DNA of 64,000 nt from Takakia lepidozioides (GCA_030704615.1 CM060733.1:45756001-45820000); one strand, 5' to 3'; numbered from the stretch's first letter, positions 36,101 to 49,644 are shown. Translations and numbers: made by a program. Notes: a model not told the origin generated them from the letters alone.

Positions 36101-37587
36101 AGGCCTCACCTTCACAAACCGGTTGTCCCACCACTGTGAAGGATCTGAGAAGAAATCCTGCCACAGCTGTCCTATGGTCCCTGCTTGGCCTGCGTGCGAG
36201 AAACCGTGAGAATATAAGATCTTTGCCAGCTTCAGAGTGTCTCGGTCTTTATTGGGTAGAGCTAGTGTAGCTTTGGGCATCATATCTGCAACTTAGCTGT
36301 TTCCCTGCCTCATGCACAGAAAAGAGAAATCAGAACACACCAGAGCTTTCAGATATTGCAGACACGACTGCGGAGCTAGTGCTGGATGACAGTGATATGG
36401 GTCAAGCCAGACTGATGTGGTTCTTTCTTACATCCTTCATGGAGCTTGCTCGACCAGACATTGACTTCAATCCAGTGCTCACATCGAAGTGAACCATTTT
36501 CTGATTTTCACCACCATCATATTGTGCTGGACCTTGTGGCCCGGCAGCTAGCTCTCCTTCCACCCGAGTGGCTTTTGACCAACTCTCAATGCATATAGCC
36601 TCCTCTGTACACTGATCTTTAATGTCCAAACATGATTTCAAATCACTAATCTGCAGCTGAGCAGCCAGGACCTGCCTCCTACAGATCGGGCCAAAACCAC
36701 TAAAGTTGCTTGGCAACTTTAAACTTCAACCCAGGACACAACTTCGAACATTCAAATTCACTTCTACTGTCCATTAACAACATAGAACTGCTAAAACATA
36801 TACACTTAAGTAGAGGCGACTGAAGTATGGTCAAATGTACAGATTAGCAGCATGTCAGTGTCAACAAGAGAAACCCCATCATTCTTGTTACCCTCCAGAC
36901 CAGAAACTGACAGGGTGCAACATAGGTATCCTCACCTTATCAACCCTGGACGTACACCACAGTGGAGGATCTGCCATTGACTCCGGCCAAGACCCCTCTA
37001 TGCTCCTTGCTTTGCCTGCATGCAGTACTACTAAAACGTAAGACATATGCCAGCTCATGATTTCTGCTGCCTATTGAGGAATGTTAGTATTCCCTTCCCT
37101 AAGTGGATGTCTTTCTATGAAGGTGTCATCCCCACAAAGCAGGGCTGGAACAGGCTGATCAGAGCCAATGTCTGGAAGATGTATAATTGGGCCCAGTGAG
37201 CCAGTTAGACCCAATCCCCAGTTTAAGGGAAACAAGTTCATAGGCATCAATATAACTGTAGCAGCATGCATTCCTGCCTCAATTGAATCTCGGGGTTGTT
37301 ACCCTTGATTTCCCCAAGAAGGATCAAGTCCATAGCCTTTATGTGTGTCCGTCTCTCCCTCATGCACGGGAGAAAAGGAAGATAAACATACCGGAAGATT
37401 CAGTCTTTGCACAAGATTCTGAAGCTGATGGAGGGGGACAATAATGTCTGTCATTCTCAGGTTCTTCTACAGCTGTTGTTGTTTGACAATCCCGTGAAAG
37501 TTTTGGACCAAACGGGATGTTTCTGCTCATGTACTTTAAAGACGGTTGAAAGCCTGGATGGCTCCGACAGAGGACATATGTGACCAT
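33176..37587 (-). CDS. PDF-motif (OSB-type)-PPR-E-DYW fusion protein; exons 37587-37392, [37015-36936, 36650-~36432], 36189-36110, 35766-35585, 35408-33176
   Basis: The last exon (14 PLS PPRs, E1/E2, HSERLA..CGDCH, DYW) is certain. Upstream exons give a targeting-like N-terminus and LWQDFFSDPSQWWDNRFVK|KNLKYPDFKHKHAKEALWTESQLNPRWVKAEL. Intron 35584-35409 (GTATGT...TTTTTGGTCATTCAG, phase 2) joins them in frame. Confidence 0.8.
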
Positions 37588-38684
37588 AGCTCTTTTCGGA
37601 GAATGCTGCTCTAGTGCATTTCAGTGACTGGCTCACCCGCGTGGCACAAGTGAGCGCGCCTGCGCCCCAAATTGCTCCTGCCAAAAGAAGGGATCCACAA
37701 AGGAGCACTGATTCATCATTCTTTGCATCTCCTTCTTCTCTTCCATTTTTAGGGTCTTCTAGCTACATTACAACTTGCAGCATGATTGTTAGCTTTCGGG
37801 AGTACCGAAAAACTTAGCAATATCAGAGAGCTTTTGGACAGGTTAGTAGTGCGATCCATCAAAAAGGCAACAGGTGTGACAAGGCTTTTGCATAACTTGG
37901 AATTGGATTGCCGAAAACATCCTCTGATTGTCATTCGGACCGTATTTGTGTGTAAGAACTGGAATGATACTTTCGAATCACATTCATGTCCCACAACCTG
38001 CTACGTAAGTTCGTCACTAAGAGCTCTGGATTTCAGATGTACGAAGAAGCCCATTGTGCTTTAGTCCAGTTGTTTCCTTTTGAAAATGCAACTACCGACT
38101 ATCACACGTCTACAAGGAAGGCGGCGTTAGTTCCCTAGTTACCTGCATTCGAACCGAGGCCACTGAACAAATCACTCTCCATCTCTCTACACTCACACGC
38201 AGCATCGCACAGATTTGTCGTCTGTTCCTGGAAGATTAATGGGCAGTAGCCCGCTAAGACGGTGTTCGACATCCAAGTGATGCGGGATCTCAGTGCCCAT
38301 TGACAGACACACTACCCCCACAAATCAAATACAAGGGTACTTGAATCTCTTTCCCGGGGTCTTCCATCTTCTACGAAGTAAAGCAGAAAATACTGGACTT
38401 TGGCTACTTCAGCTGTGCGCCGAAGTGCCAACTTTTAGTATAGGAAATGATGAGGCAGTAAATCCACATGTAGAGCAACTTTTACAGGGTCACGCTTCCG
38501 GTAGGGTTTAAGGAGTAGTATAAATACTTACCCCGAAGTACTGGTGAAGTTGATCAAATCGTTTGCGTGCACCGGAGCAGGAAGATTGAGAGATGGACTT
38601 TACGAACTCCAACAAAGGCAGTGATTTCTACGTCAGTTGGTCAGGTTTGAGAAAGCCCACTTGAAGCTGGAGATTGCAGAGGCT

Positions 38685-41600
38685 ATGGAGATTGCCAGTG
38701 TGGAGGAAGAAAGGCAAATTGAAATGGATTCACAGGACCTGGAAGTGGTGCTGCTTGAGCTACTTCGCAGAATGTCTGCCGCCATAGCCAATGCTTCACA
38801 GGTCACGGTAGTCATCTCTGCGTTGCATTCGCTGGCCTCTCTTCTGTGGAAGCTGCCTGCACAGGGGCTGTTAGGTAGGTCGTAACACTTTCTCCTTCTG
38901 GGACTTTTGGGGTTTGGTTTTGATTAATTGAGTCGTCTAGAGCTTTTTGGGCTTCCGAGTTTCCGAGCCTGTAGTTGGGTCTTTCATCTTTCACCCGTTA
39001 TAAGTTAGAACTTTGGTGGTTTTGGTTACACATCAGCAATTGAGTCTTCTGAGCTTTGATTCTGTATCCGTGCTTTGGTTATCCCAGTGTTGGTGTATTT
39101 TCGCAGTATGGAAGTGTTGTTTTCCTTAGGCACATAAGTGCGCAAATCTCCGTCTCGCTGTTGCCCCCGCAGTGTCCGTGGCGATCAAAACCTGGCTACG
39201 TAGAGGCTCCATCCAAACTGGACTTAGGTTGAATGGCCACAAGGCTACAGCAAGTAAATTACAAGGACTACTTTGTCTCTGTCTTTGTCTCTGTCTCTGT
39301 CTCTGTCTCTATCTCTCTCAAACATAAACCCACAAGAGGTGGGAAGTTTGGCTTCCGACACCTATTCACTAATCCAGCTGTTTTTGGCTGTTGATGATTG
39401 ATGAGGTACTCAGACAACATATTTCTTGCAATCTTGAAACACTTGCATGTTGATGAATGCTTGGAGAATGCTGGAGGAGAATTCCTGATACTGATGCTCT
39501 GATGATATATTGGGGTTTATCATGTGCAGATGGAGATGCTGTCGGTGAGTATGGATTGGGTGCTCTGAAGGAGGTACTTTGAAACCTGACCCACCTAACA
39601 ATAAAGCCCAACAACCCTTGCCATACACACTTTCATGATCGGATGTTTGTAAATGTAAACATGCAGTGAGTTGACTTAATTTTTCAAATAAAGACCAATT
39701 CATTTAAGCATTCTAATTATTATTGAAAGGTGTTTGTAGGGGCAGCTGATTTGAGTGGGGTCATCTTAGTGGGCAAAAATTTGTAGGATGAGAGCGTTGA
39801 ACTTGTTCCCTGAGAAGGACCCACAGGAGATTTTGAGGCATGCTTTGTACGAGGGCCCAGCATTTACTGCTTTGGTGAATCTACTGCTGCACAGTGCGTA
39901 TCACATTACCCTCTTTGTCGTGGATTCTTTTTGGCATTGTAATGCAGGCCCGAGCCTGATTGCCTACAAAGCAAACCTCTTAAATTGAGGTGATTGAGAG
40001 GTGTTTCCCCCCTTAGATCACCCCATGGCTATTCATTCTCCATTTGTGCTAGGATGATGTTCATTCGAAGGAATGTGAAGCACCGGAGGTGTGTCTAGAT
40101 CGTTACTAGCGTAATCCGAGTTGCTCTCTCATCCTTCTGTAGGTGAAATATTTTAAAGGTGTGGTCTCTTCCATGTCACACGAGGCCACCGCAGTCCCCT
40201 CCTAATCTTGGTGGTTGGAGGGGTTGCCTAAAGTAACTTAAGAATTCCACCACTGGCCTTCTGGGACTGTGGTGGGTTCTCATTCTGCACTATTCCTGTG
40301 TGCCTCTTCTTTACGGTTCTTCTGGTTTTTCCTAACTGCTTGTGGGGTCTATGGCCACAAATCCATGGCAAACAATGCTGAAATGAGAAGATAAGTCTCT
40401 CTCACATACATACACATAGCAGTGGGTGTGATTGACCAATTCAGTTAGTTTCTTCAATCGGAGAAAAGTGCATTTCCTTTCCAAGTACAGTGGGAATTTA
40501 GGGTCATGTTGTGTCGATTGGGTGCAGAGGTTGCCCCCGATTGGCTGGCATGCTTCCCATCCATGGCGCAAGCATGGTTGTTTGATGAGATTTTCACAGG
40601 GGCACCACCAAGGGAGGCATTGCTGGCATTGGCACCCTCCCTCACATCAAGCTATGAAACTGTTGAGGATTCTGATTCTGGATTTGATTCCAGCAATGCT
40701 GTGTCCTCTCAAGCTAGAAGGTTGAAGAATTCCTGTTTCACTTCTATTATCTTTAGTCACCTACAGAGAGTGATGAATTCACACAAGTCCATATCTGACT
40801 TGGTATATTATGTGCCAGAGATTCTGGGTTGTTGCTGAAAGAAATTTGCAATACATAAAGGTAATCAATCTAAGTTACTGTGGTCATCACTTAAGCAGCT
40901 GAGATCTGTTTGTGTGGTGCAGGCTATTGAACATATGCCTAATTGAGAGACAGGGAATTAAAGACATGGCTCTCGCATTCAGCCTTCCAGCAGAGGCAGG
41001 CCACAAACTAGACGAAAACCTGAAAGGAGGTGGGGATGATAAGAGAGATGGCCAAATAGGAGGGAGCCTGCAGTTGCAAACTGCACAGTTGGTTTCATCG
41101 ATTCCTGACAGGGCTGGCTTGAAGGCGCCACCAGCTTTGCAATCTCCGTATCCTGAGTGCTAATTTTTTGGATCTTAGCATTGTATGTTGGTCTAAGAGT
41201 GCTACAAGGTAGAACCAAATCAACTTCCCTCATGTCTGCATGCTTGGTGGAAGATGACACTGCTTCACAAGTTCTCTGTCTTTTTATGTTTCACAAGTTG
41301 TCTTTTCTTTCCTATTGAGCTTTCCACAAATGTAGTGAGTTTTCAATCTCAGTTTTCTTCATGCTCTCTTTCCCTTTCCTGAGTGCTTTCTTGTTTCTCG
41401 ACTTCGTCAAATAAGCCTTGGGGACCTCTGTGGTACCTAAAGAATTTCTTTCTTTCTCCCCGGGAATTTTAGCAGAGTTCTATAACTGCAGCTTTGCATG
41501 CCCTGGGGTTGAATTTTGAAGGGAATCCATAGCTACTGTTTGTAGGGATGGATCAAGGAGTATCTTTCTGTCTTCCCTTCAAGTCCTCTTGTTCCCTCGT

Positions 41601-44600
41601 GGACTACAAAAGTAAATGTGACATTTTGTTAATGCGTTTATGTTTTGATTTTGCTGTTGTTCAATTTTCAAGTTTCCCGGTTCATTTGCAACTTGTCTGA
41701 AGCAGAGAGGAGGACATGCTGTACATTCCTTAAGTGATGTCACAGTGCTTTCTTTCAGTCACTATCAAAGCAGCTGCTCACTGCTGGGGAAGAACGATGG
41801 CTGGAAGGAGCAGCAAGGTCTTTGAAACTCAATGAGATGGGTGGTGATGGAAGCTTCATGTTCATTGGTGAAGTCATTGGCAGGCTTTGCCGACGCGGTC
41901 ATGCAGGTCAGGCTGGAGACCCAGCTGTTTGGCATAAGGAAGCAACTTCTCATACTGGCATTTGAGAACTATTTTGTGGGTCTTTCTTTCTTTTTTGTTC
42001 TACCGTCCTGAGGGCCATTGTAGCCCCCCTCTGGAGTTATACTGTTTCTTTCTACTATTTCTCTACTTGACATGATGTTTCTGCATGGGTAGGTATATTA
42101 GCTTCAGTGATGGTGCCAGTGCTCATTCAGCATGTGCCGCCACAATGCCCAACAGCCGAAGTGTTTGATGATGGAGACCCTCCAGACCTGACTTTTGAGT
42201 CAATCAAGCGCACTCTCGAAGACAGTTTCTGGCCAGCAGTTGTGGCCTGTGTCAAAGATTCACATGCGATGGAGAGATGGGTTGAGGCCTTACTTAGAGA
42301 AATGGCAGCCAAACCAGTCTCAGATTGGCAAGCCTATTGCATTTTGTATATGCTTTTTGGTAGCCTTCTCTCCTGGCAATCAAATACAAGGTGTGGATAT
42401 GTAGTTGCTTCTACCCTGTATCTATTTTTGTTTTTTGGTGAGTCTTTCAGGTTCTTACCTGCATCAAGCCTACAAAAGTTGGCATGCTAAGCCAACCTTC
42501 TAGTTATTTCTGTAGAATACGGATAAAAGCTATTTATCCTCACATATTTTTTTATTTTACAGATTTTAATTTGAATCAAAAGGCATCCGGCCGTTCTTAT
42601 TGGGCTCTGCTCCAAGGTAGTGGCTACACTCGTGGACAACATCTTGCCATGAGTCACCAAGTAGCGAGTGGGAGCGATTTGCTTAGCTTGGGCTGGACAA
42701 TTGGTGTGAACACCAGTTTTGTTTCTGTAAATGGCAGGGGCCCTTGTGTGTTATGGCTCTTGCTATTTCCAGTTGGGAAAAACTGGTTGACTCAGCAGTA
42801 CAAGTCCCACTGACTATTTGTACCAATTTTTTGATGGCAGGATGGTCTTCAAGGAGAAACTTTTGTTCATCAAAATCCTGCCTATCTGTTGCTTGAAGTG
42901 GATTCTAGACTTTGCTGTGCTGCAGTCTCCTCCACCATTTTTGGACTCTTCCCCAACTTTGGCAGATCAACCCCCTTACCCGAGACCAGAAAAGCACTTG
43001 GATACAGGTGTAGTGAGGAGGCTGGGACAAGTTTGGTCGTCAAATGACTTCATCCGTTCCACTTCAATGTGCAAACAGGCCTGTATCCTCATGATGCTAT
43101 TGCTGCTTGTAGGGTTGGTGCTACCTATTTTTACGTATTTATTGGCCTTGCCTTCCTAAGGCAGGACCTCACAAAGGGTTTTGATGCTTAGCACCAATAC
43201 TCGCTATGAAGTTTCAAAATTTTATGCATGCGTAACAGGTTGTGCTGAGTAGGGTAGGGCTTGCATGCATTCCATGCATTTATTGTAATCAGTTTCTCCC
43301 TTACCACCTCATGTATGTGCACAAACACTTCAGTGTATCCCCAGATTGCTTTGGGACAAAGTGATGTTCTTTATTGTTTGGGGTGGATGGAGTTTAATGT
43401 AATTAATTCTGTTTTAGTGGAACTCAGGGATCAAATTTTGTTTTGGAGGCAGAGTTCGTCTGTTGTTGATGACGCATGTGTTCTGCTGGGTTCATAATTC
43501 AACCATTTGTGATGACAATGGGCGAGATTGACAGAATTTTCTCCTTAATGAAGAGATGGTAGATATGACAGCTGCTCTAGGTATGTGCATAAGGGCCATG
43601 GAGAAGGAAGATATGGAGAGCTGTGGAAATCTCCTACAGTACTTGTTGGAAGGAGTCAGCCGTAAGATACAATACTTTGCCATATCTGTGTGATTTTCTT
43701 AGCATTCAATATTGCAAACATTGTTTGAATCTCTCTTTGGACTCGAGAGAAAATTACACCAAAGACAGGTCTTTGTGCATGAATTGATAGTCTTGTTCAG
43801 TTTTATGGGAATTGCAGGATGTCCTAGGAGAGCATGTAAGACATACTTCTGTTGCAATACAATGGACTAACAGGGACAAGGTATGGGTTACCTGTTCGAG
43901 GATAGGACACTAGACTTGGTTTGTCATGGTTGTGTCAGCAGAGACTGCAGAGATAAGCTGCTTGTGGGATTGGCACCCACCAGATACAAGAGGGAGAGAT
44001 CAAAATTGTGAAATTCTGGTGTTTAGTAATGATGGTGATCGCGACGTGATACTATTGATGAGGCTGTGTGCAGATAGGCTGGAGAGTCCGCTCCCTCTCA
44101 TCCGGCAAATGGCAAAGCGGGTGGCACTGGCTTTCTCTGTGGTAATCAACCCCAACAACCCTCTGTTACTAGATGATGGAGACGATACTGGGGACCTTGA
44201 TGACTGGGAAGGGCTTGACCTCGGGGTTGCTGGAAGCCTTAAAAAGCATCAAACTTTGGGTGCTACAGCTGATCCTGACATTGACAGCCAATCATGGCTC
44301 ATTGGAAGAAAATCCAGTGAACTGAGAGACGGTGAACCACATGTAGAGTTATCATCAAAACGCAACAGTGATGGTGAGTCTTCTTTTGCTCTTTCTGTCA
44401 TTGTAAAGTTTCTCACACACCCTCACACACATTAAGAGAACTACACAACAGTATGGTTGACAACAAAACCACAGCCACATGCACGTTTCAAAACTCTTTG
44501 CAAACCACACAGAAAGGAACTGGGCTGCAACCAACCTCATAATTTCTATTAAAGGCCAGAGCATCCATCCACACTGACTGGATCGGCGTGGTCACGCACA

Positions 44601-47600
44601 AGCTTTATGTTTATTCATCCTTACCTCATATGCCCTTGTGGGTTTGCATCCCACAGCCTTCCAAAAGAGTTAGGGTCCATGTATATTTCGCTCTGAAGGA
44701 TCAAGGATCTCTCCTTTGTGCTCTCTTCTCTGTCTGTTGTGACTAGTACGTCAAGATGCTCCATGCCCTATTTTCTAGGAAGACACCATGGTTCTAGTAT
44801 GATATTGCCAGTTCTGGATTTGACACTGAAGTCAGCCCTGTGTATTGGATTATTTGCACCTTTGCACAAGGTCGATTGGAAGTTTCAGCTTGGTCTCTCT
44901 ATCTCTGTACTATGGGCCTCCCATGGACATCATATAAGCTCTACTTTTTTTGTCTGTCTCTCTTGTGTAAGGGGCAGCAAAACTTAATGACTACTTTGTC
45001 ATCTCTCCCTCTTTGAGTGCTAGTCTGTAATAAAATTCACTCACTGCTGTATCAGAGAAGAGAGAGAGGCGGCGTCAGAGGAGAGAGAGACGTGAAAGGT
45101 TGGCTATGGAAGAGGATGACCCAGATGTGGCAGTGAATCTAGGGGGAGACAACGGGGCTTGGCAGATGGAAGACGGGGAAATCAGCAGTGGTGGCACAGG
45201 GAGTGACAGTGGCAGTGAGGGCTCTCTCCAGCCATATGACATGTCAGATGATGATTCTGAGTTGCAGAGACACCAACTTCCTTCACAATTGAGCGATTGC
45301 ACAATCAATTTGCGCAGAGGAGATGACCCAAATGCTGTAAGAAGAAGCTCTACCTGCCCTTTTTTAATGTTAAAGGGAGGATGTGGGGGAGAGACGGACT
45401 TCTGACAGTCTGCTTGCGCAGCCTGTACCTGTGCCACCGCAACCAAATGGAGACAGACAGCCAATGTTGATATATAGGCTCTTTTGGAGTCATAATGGAG
45501 AGAGTGTGAAGTGTGAACTTGGCAAGAACAGTGGGGATTGGTCGATCCATATCTTTTAGGTCTACACATACTATAAAATTAATCTTCCCATGTAAGAGCT
45601 GGCGACACGAGCTTCATGATTACCCAATACTTGTCTTGAAGGAACCACTCTTCAAGAAGATGCTACATACAAGGAAAATTGTGCATGAACATGATTTACA
45701 TACTATTGTACTAAGAAGAAGGTTGACTCCTGCGAAAGCAATCATAAGTTGTGGTGTCACTTCACCTCGAAGGGTTATTGCCTTCTGTTGGGAAAGTGGA
45801 CACCTTCTAAAACCTCTCCCAAGGACTCGAAAGTCCCCTAAGTACCCACACATTAGGTGTCCGGTTGACCCTGCGACCCCGCTTTTATAGCTGAGTTGGC
45901 TTTAATGGTTGATATCCAACATGCACCTACGTGCTTTGAACCCAGACCACTCGAAGGCAGCCTTGTGCCCTGACCACTCCGCCTGTTGTATGCTCTGCTG
46001 TACTAGTGTCAAGTAGTTGCTTGCATCAAAGTATTGAGGTACACTAAAATCTGGCTGACAAAGATGAGCCATAAGATGAGTCATAGGTCTAACTTCCGAT
46101 ACCCCAGGTACTCAAATTTTACTTAAAGAAAGCAACTTTCTTTAACATAGGTTCTACTGCTGCTGATTGCCTTTTGACTGAGTTATGGTTCTACCCACAG
46201 GTGGAGCTGGCCCTTCAAGTGGCTGAAAGGTTAGTGAGAGCCATGCCTGCAGAACTTGACAATGCTGCGGGCGATCTCATAGAGGCACTGGTCCATGTGC
46301 GTTGTAGTGCTATTGCAGTCGAAGGGCAAGAAGGTGCTGCTGAGGATAAGCGGCACCAGGCTTTGGTGGCCTTGCTGGTCTGTTCTACTTTCAATTCTAT
46401 TGGTGTTCTCACCAGAGCACTTTTCTCACCTCATGTGGACTCAAGTCAGCGCCTTCTGATTCTCGATGTCATGTCAGGTATGCTTCATCTCAAGCTGTCA
46501 CCTTCATGCACTAATGTACATAAGTCACTCTTTGGCTGACTTCCTTGTCAAACTCAACTTCGCTCTCTTTCTTTGTGTCTCTCTCAAGTCGAGGCTGAGC
46601 CAAAAGCCCAAGCCCTTTTGGGGTCTAGTTATTGGGCAAATCACACACAGCAGAATGATGTCTGTGTGAGGGGATTTCTAGGGGATATCTGGAAAACTCA
46701 GATCAAATTGTCTATTTCAAGGTAAGCCATACTACCGGCGTCTGCCTTCTGTCCCTTTGTGTTCCACTCAAACTGGGCGCGGGGTCAATGGCCACAAGGC
46801 TACGGCAAACAACATCACATGAGGACATTCTCTCTCAAGTGCCCAGAGCAACGGGCAGCAATGCTACGGTTCAAGGAGCATTCTGTTTTCCTCTTGTTCC
46901 CCTGTCTCTCTATACCCTTTCTCCACTATAGTCTACTGGGGAAGGTCTGTGCAATCTATGGCAAGCAAAGGCTAGTGAGGAGTGTGTAGATAAGCTCTCA
47001 TAAGCTCTAAAAATGGTGTCTGTCAATTTCTGCAGATGCTGCGCAAGAACTTGCCGGGGCTGGACATTTTGAGGCAGATACAAGGAGCCAGACGACAGGG
47101 GCTGGACTAGTTACAGAGCTCTTAGGAACGTCACAGCGACCGCCCTGGTATGAACCAGGGGTTAACCATGGTCTCATTGGAGCAGGCCCGTGGGTCGAAG
47201 TGCCTGCCCCTATCCCAGGGGGCTCCTTGGTCAGTTGGGCACACTCCTATGAGAGGGAGATCCCTCTCCGGGAAGGTGAACGGAAACTGGGGAGATCACG
47301 AACATGGGCTCCACGATCTATGCAACTGCGGCATGAGAAGCGGCGGACAGGGTCAGTCAAAATGGGGTCAGGAGCTGGAAAGAACCGGTTCCCTCCATTT
47401 GCAGTGTCTTTTATGCTACCTATTATGCGGGATTATGACAAGAAGTCACAAGGAGTGGATTTGCTGGGGTCAGATTTTATAGTCTTGGCAAAGCTAATTT
47501 ACACACTCGGCGTTTTCATGGAGTGTCTGACATCACAGCCGGAGGCCCCTGTGTTGGGAGCGGCCCTGCTGGATCTGCTACAATCCCGGTATGTGTTTGT

Positions 47601-48685
47601 CCAAAGATTAGAAGGCATGATGCTGGCAAGAGCTAGCATAACCACAACACTGCTGAGGGTGACTGTTTGTTATAAGAAGAGGGAATTTTACTTCCGCTTT
47701 TACAGTACAGCCAACATTGTCATGTGAGTCGAAAGCTCTTAGGTACCCAATATGGCAAGGAAATGTCCCACTTTTCTTCATTGTTTAAACCCAGGACCAC
47801 ATAATTGTTGCCTTTACCATTACCACTTTTTTGTCTATTTGGAAAGCTAAGGAATATCCGGGGCAGCATTTTTGGGTGAGGCTTCAATACACTTTTTATT
47901 CTTGAAAGGTCTTCTTCACCTTCAATATAGCTCTCACTAAAACTTTTGGTTACCTCTTAAATGTGATTTCACATCCTAAGGCTCTCAGATAGATATTGCT
48001 TTCTATTCTAATAGTGCCTGGTGGAGTTCCAGGGCAATTGCTAGCCATGCAGAGGCATTTGTAAGGAGGGCGGCTTTGTATGCAGCATCACGTGTCATGG
48101 GAGCGCTTCATCCCTCTCAAGTGGTGTCCGCCCTCACCAGCGGGGATGCAAGCATTGGTACAGGCCTGGAGTGGATTCGCAGCTGGGCTGTGCGTATTGC
48201 TGATAACGACCCTGATACTGAATGCTCTACGGTATGTGTGGCCCCTACTTTCCCCTTGCCTACTCCTGTCCCCATGTCCCTTCCCCCTCTTCTTCCCCCT
48301 CTTGAACTCCGAAACGATGTGCAAAGTTGAGGTGTTCTACCAAAGAATGAACTTTATGTTCACTTTAAAGCTTCATAGAGAGCTACTATCTTGTCTGGGT
48401 TTTCCCATAGGCTTGTGACTACAGGAGATAGAGCAGAGAGGAGGGAAACTGGAGATGAGTGATAGCTAGAAAAAATCTTTTTGAGAGTGACAAGTTTCAT
48501 AGTCTGGTTCTAACTTCGATGATGTGGTGGTCTGATGGCAGATGGCCATGGCATGTGTACAGCTGCATTCGGAGATGGCATTCCAGGCTATGCGTGCACT
48601 TCAGTCGCTTCCCACCCTGCAATCAGGGGCTGCCACCACCCTTCACACTAGCAGCCTACAAGGCCCTATCATTATGCCCTTCTGA
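38685..48685 (+). CDS. TELO2: Telomere length regulation protein TEL2 homolog (TTT complex), multi-exon
   Basis: VAPDWLACF, SIPDRA, FIGEVIGRLCRRG, QAYMTAALG, LEGVS-RLESP...RQMA, SLQPYDMSDDD, PSQLSDC...LRRGDD, ALQVAERLVRA.P.EL, SQRLLILDVM, KNRFPPFAVSFMLP, HAEAFVRRAAL, DPDTEC, last exon MAMACVQLHSEMAFQAMRAL. Confidence 0.92.
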
Positions 48686-49644
48686 GTCCCCACTTCTCTC
48701 ACATTGTAGCAAAGAAAAACAAGAAGAAAACTTAGGAGACTGAAGACCTGTGAGGGTCACAATTCTTAGTCTGCACACCACTCCTGAAATGTAAGTTGAT
48801 GTAGTTGTGTAGGTTTCCAATTTAGAGACAACCCCAAATTGATGGCAGAAAGGTCTAGTGCAGCGATGAAACCGTGGATTGGGTCATAAGTGGCTGTCCG
48901 CAGTGAAGTCATAGTTATGAGAGCTGGTGTTTGTGGCTTCCAACATTTGGCCTATGTGCAAGCTATGGCACTGCTGGCACTTGGGAGAGAGGGGGGAAAG
49001 GGCAGTGCTGTTGTTGGACTGTAATCACAATTTTGGCCTCAGTTATGTACACCACTCCATATCCTGGTGTATACCATACAGAGTCTATTTCCCTTGGCTC
49101 CTCCACATTGACAATATCTAATACATAACATGTCTTTCAAATGGAATTAGCACAAAGGTGCATGTCCTCAACCTTTGTCTGGGTTAGCTTGTTGGAGAAA
49201 GTATATTCCTCCATGGTTCCTGCACTGGTCTGGTATTGAGATTTTGTGATACCAGGCTGGTCCTGGTACATGGGCATATGCCAAAATGCGATACCATAAG
49301 AAAACTGGTACCCCGGGATTGGTTCAATTTAGATACCAGCCTGGTGGCGCAACAAGTTGGTAAAATCTTGATGATTTTGTGTACTTCTAACTTGAGAGAA
49401 GGTCCGGGGCTTCATAGGACACATTTCTTTCGCTGAAAGTTCAATGAAATTCTGCCTTTTCTTCAAAGGTAAAAGTCATCGAATGCAGAGGAGATCCTGT
49501 TCCAACTTTGACGCACCAAGTTCTTGCTTTCTGCAGACAGAAGTTTGATACTGTAAGCTTGCATACAGTTCACACTACTGGTGCCCAGCCCACCTAAAGA
49601 AGTTGCCGAAGGGCTCTGCTTCGTCGGCGAAACTAGAATTGAGA

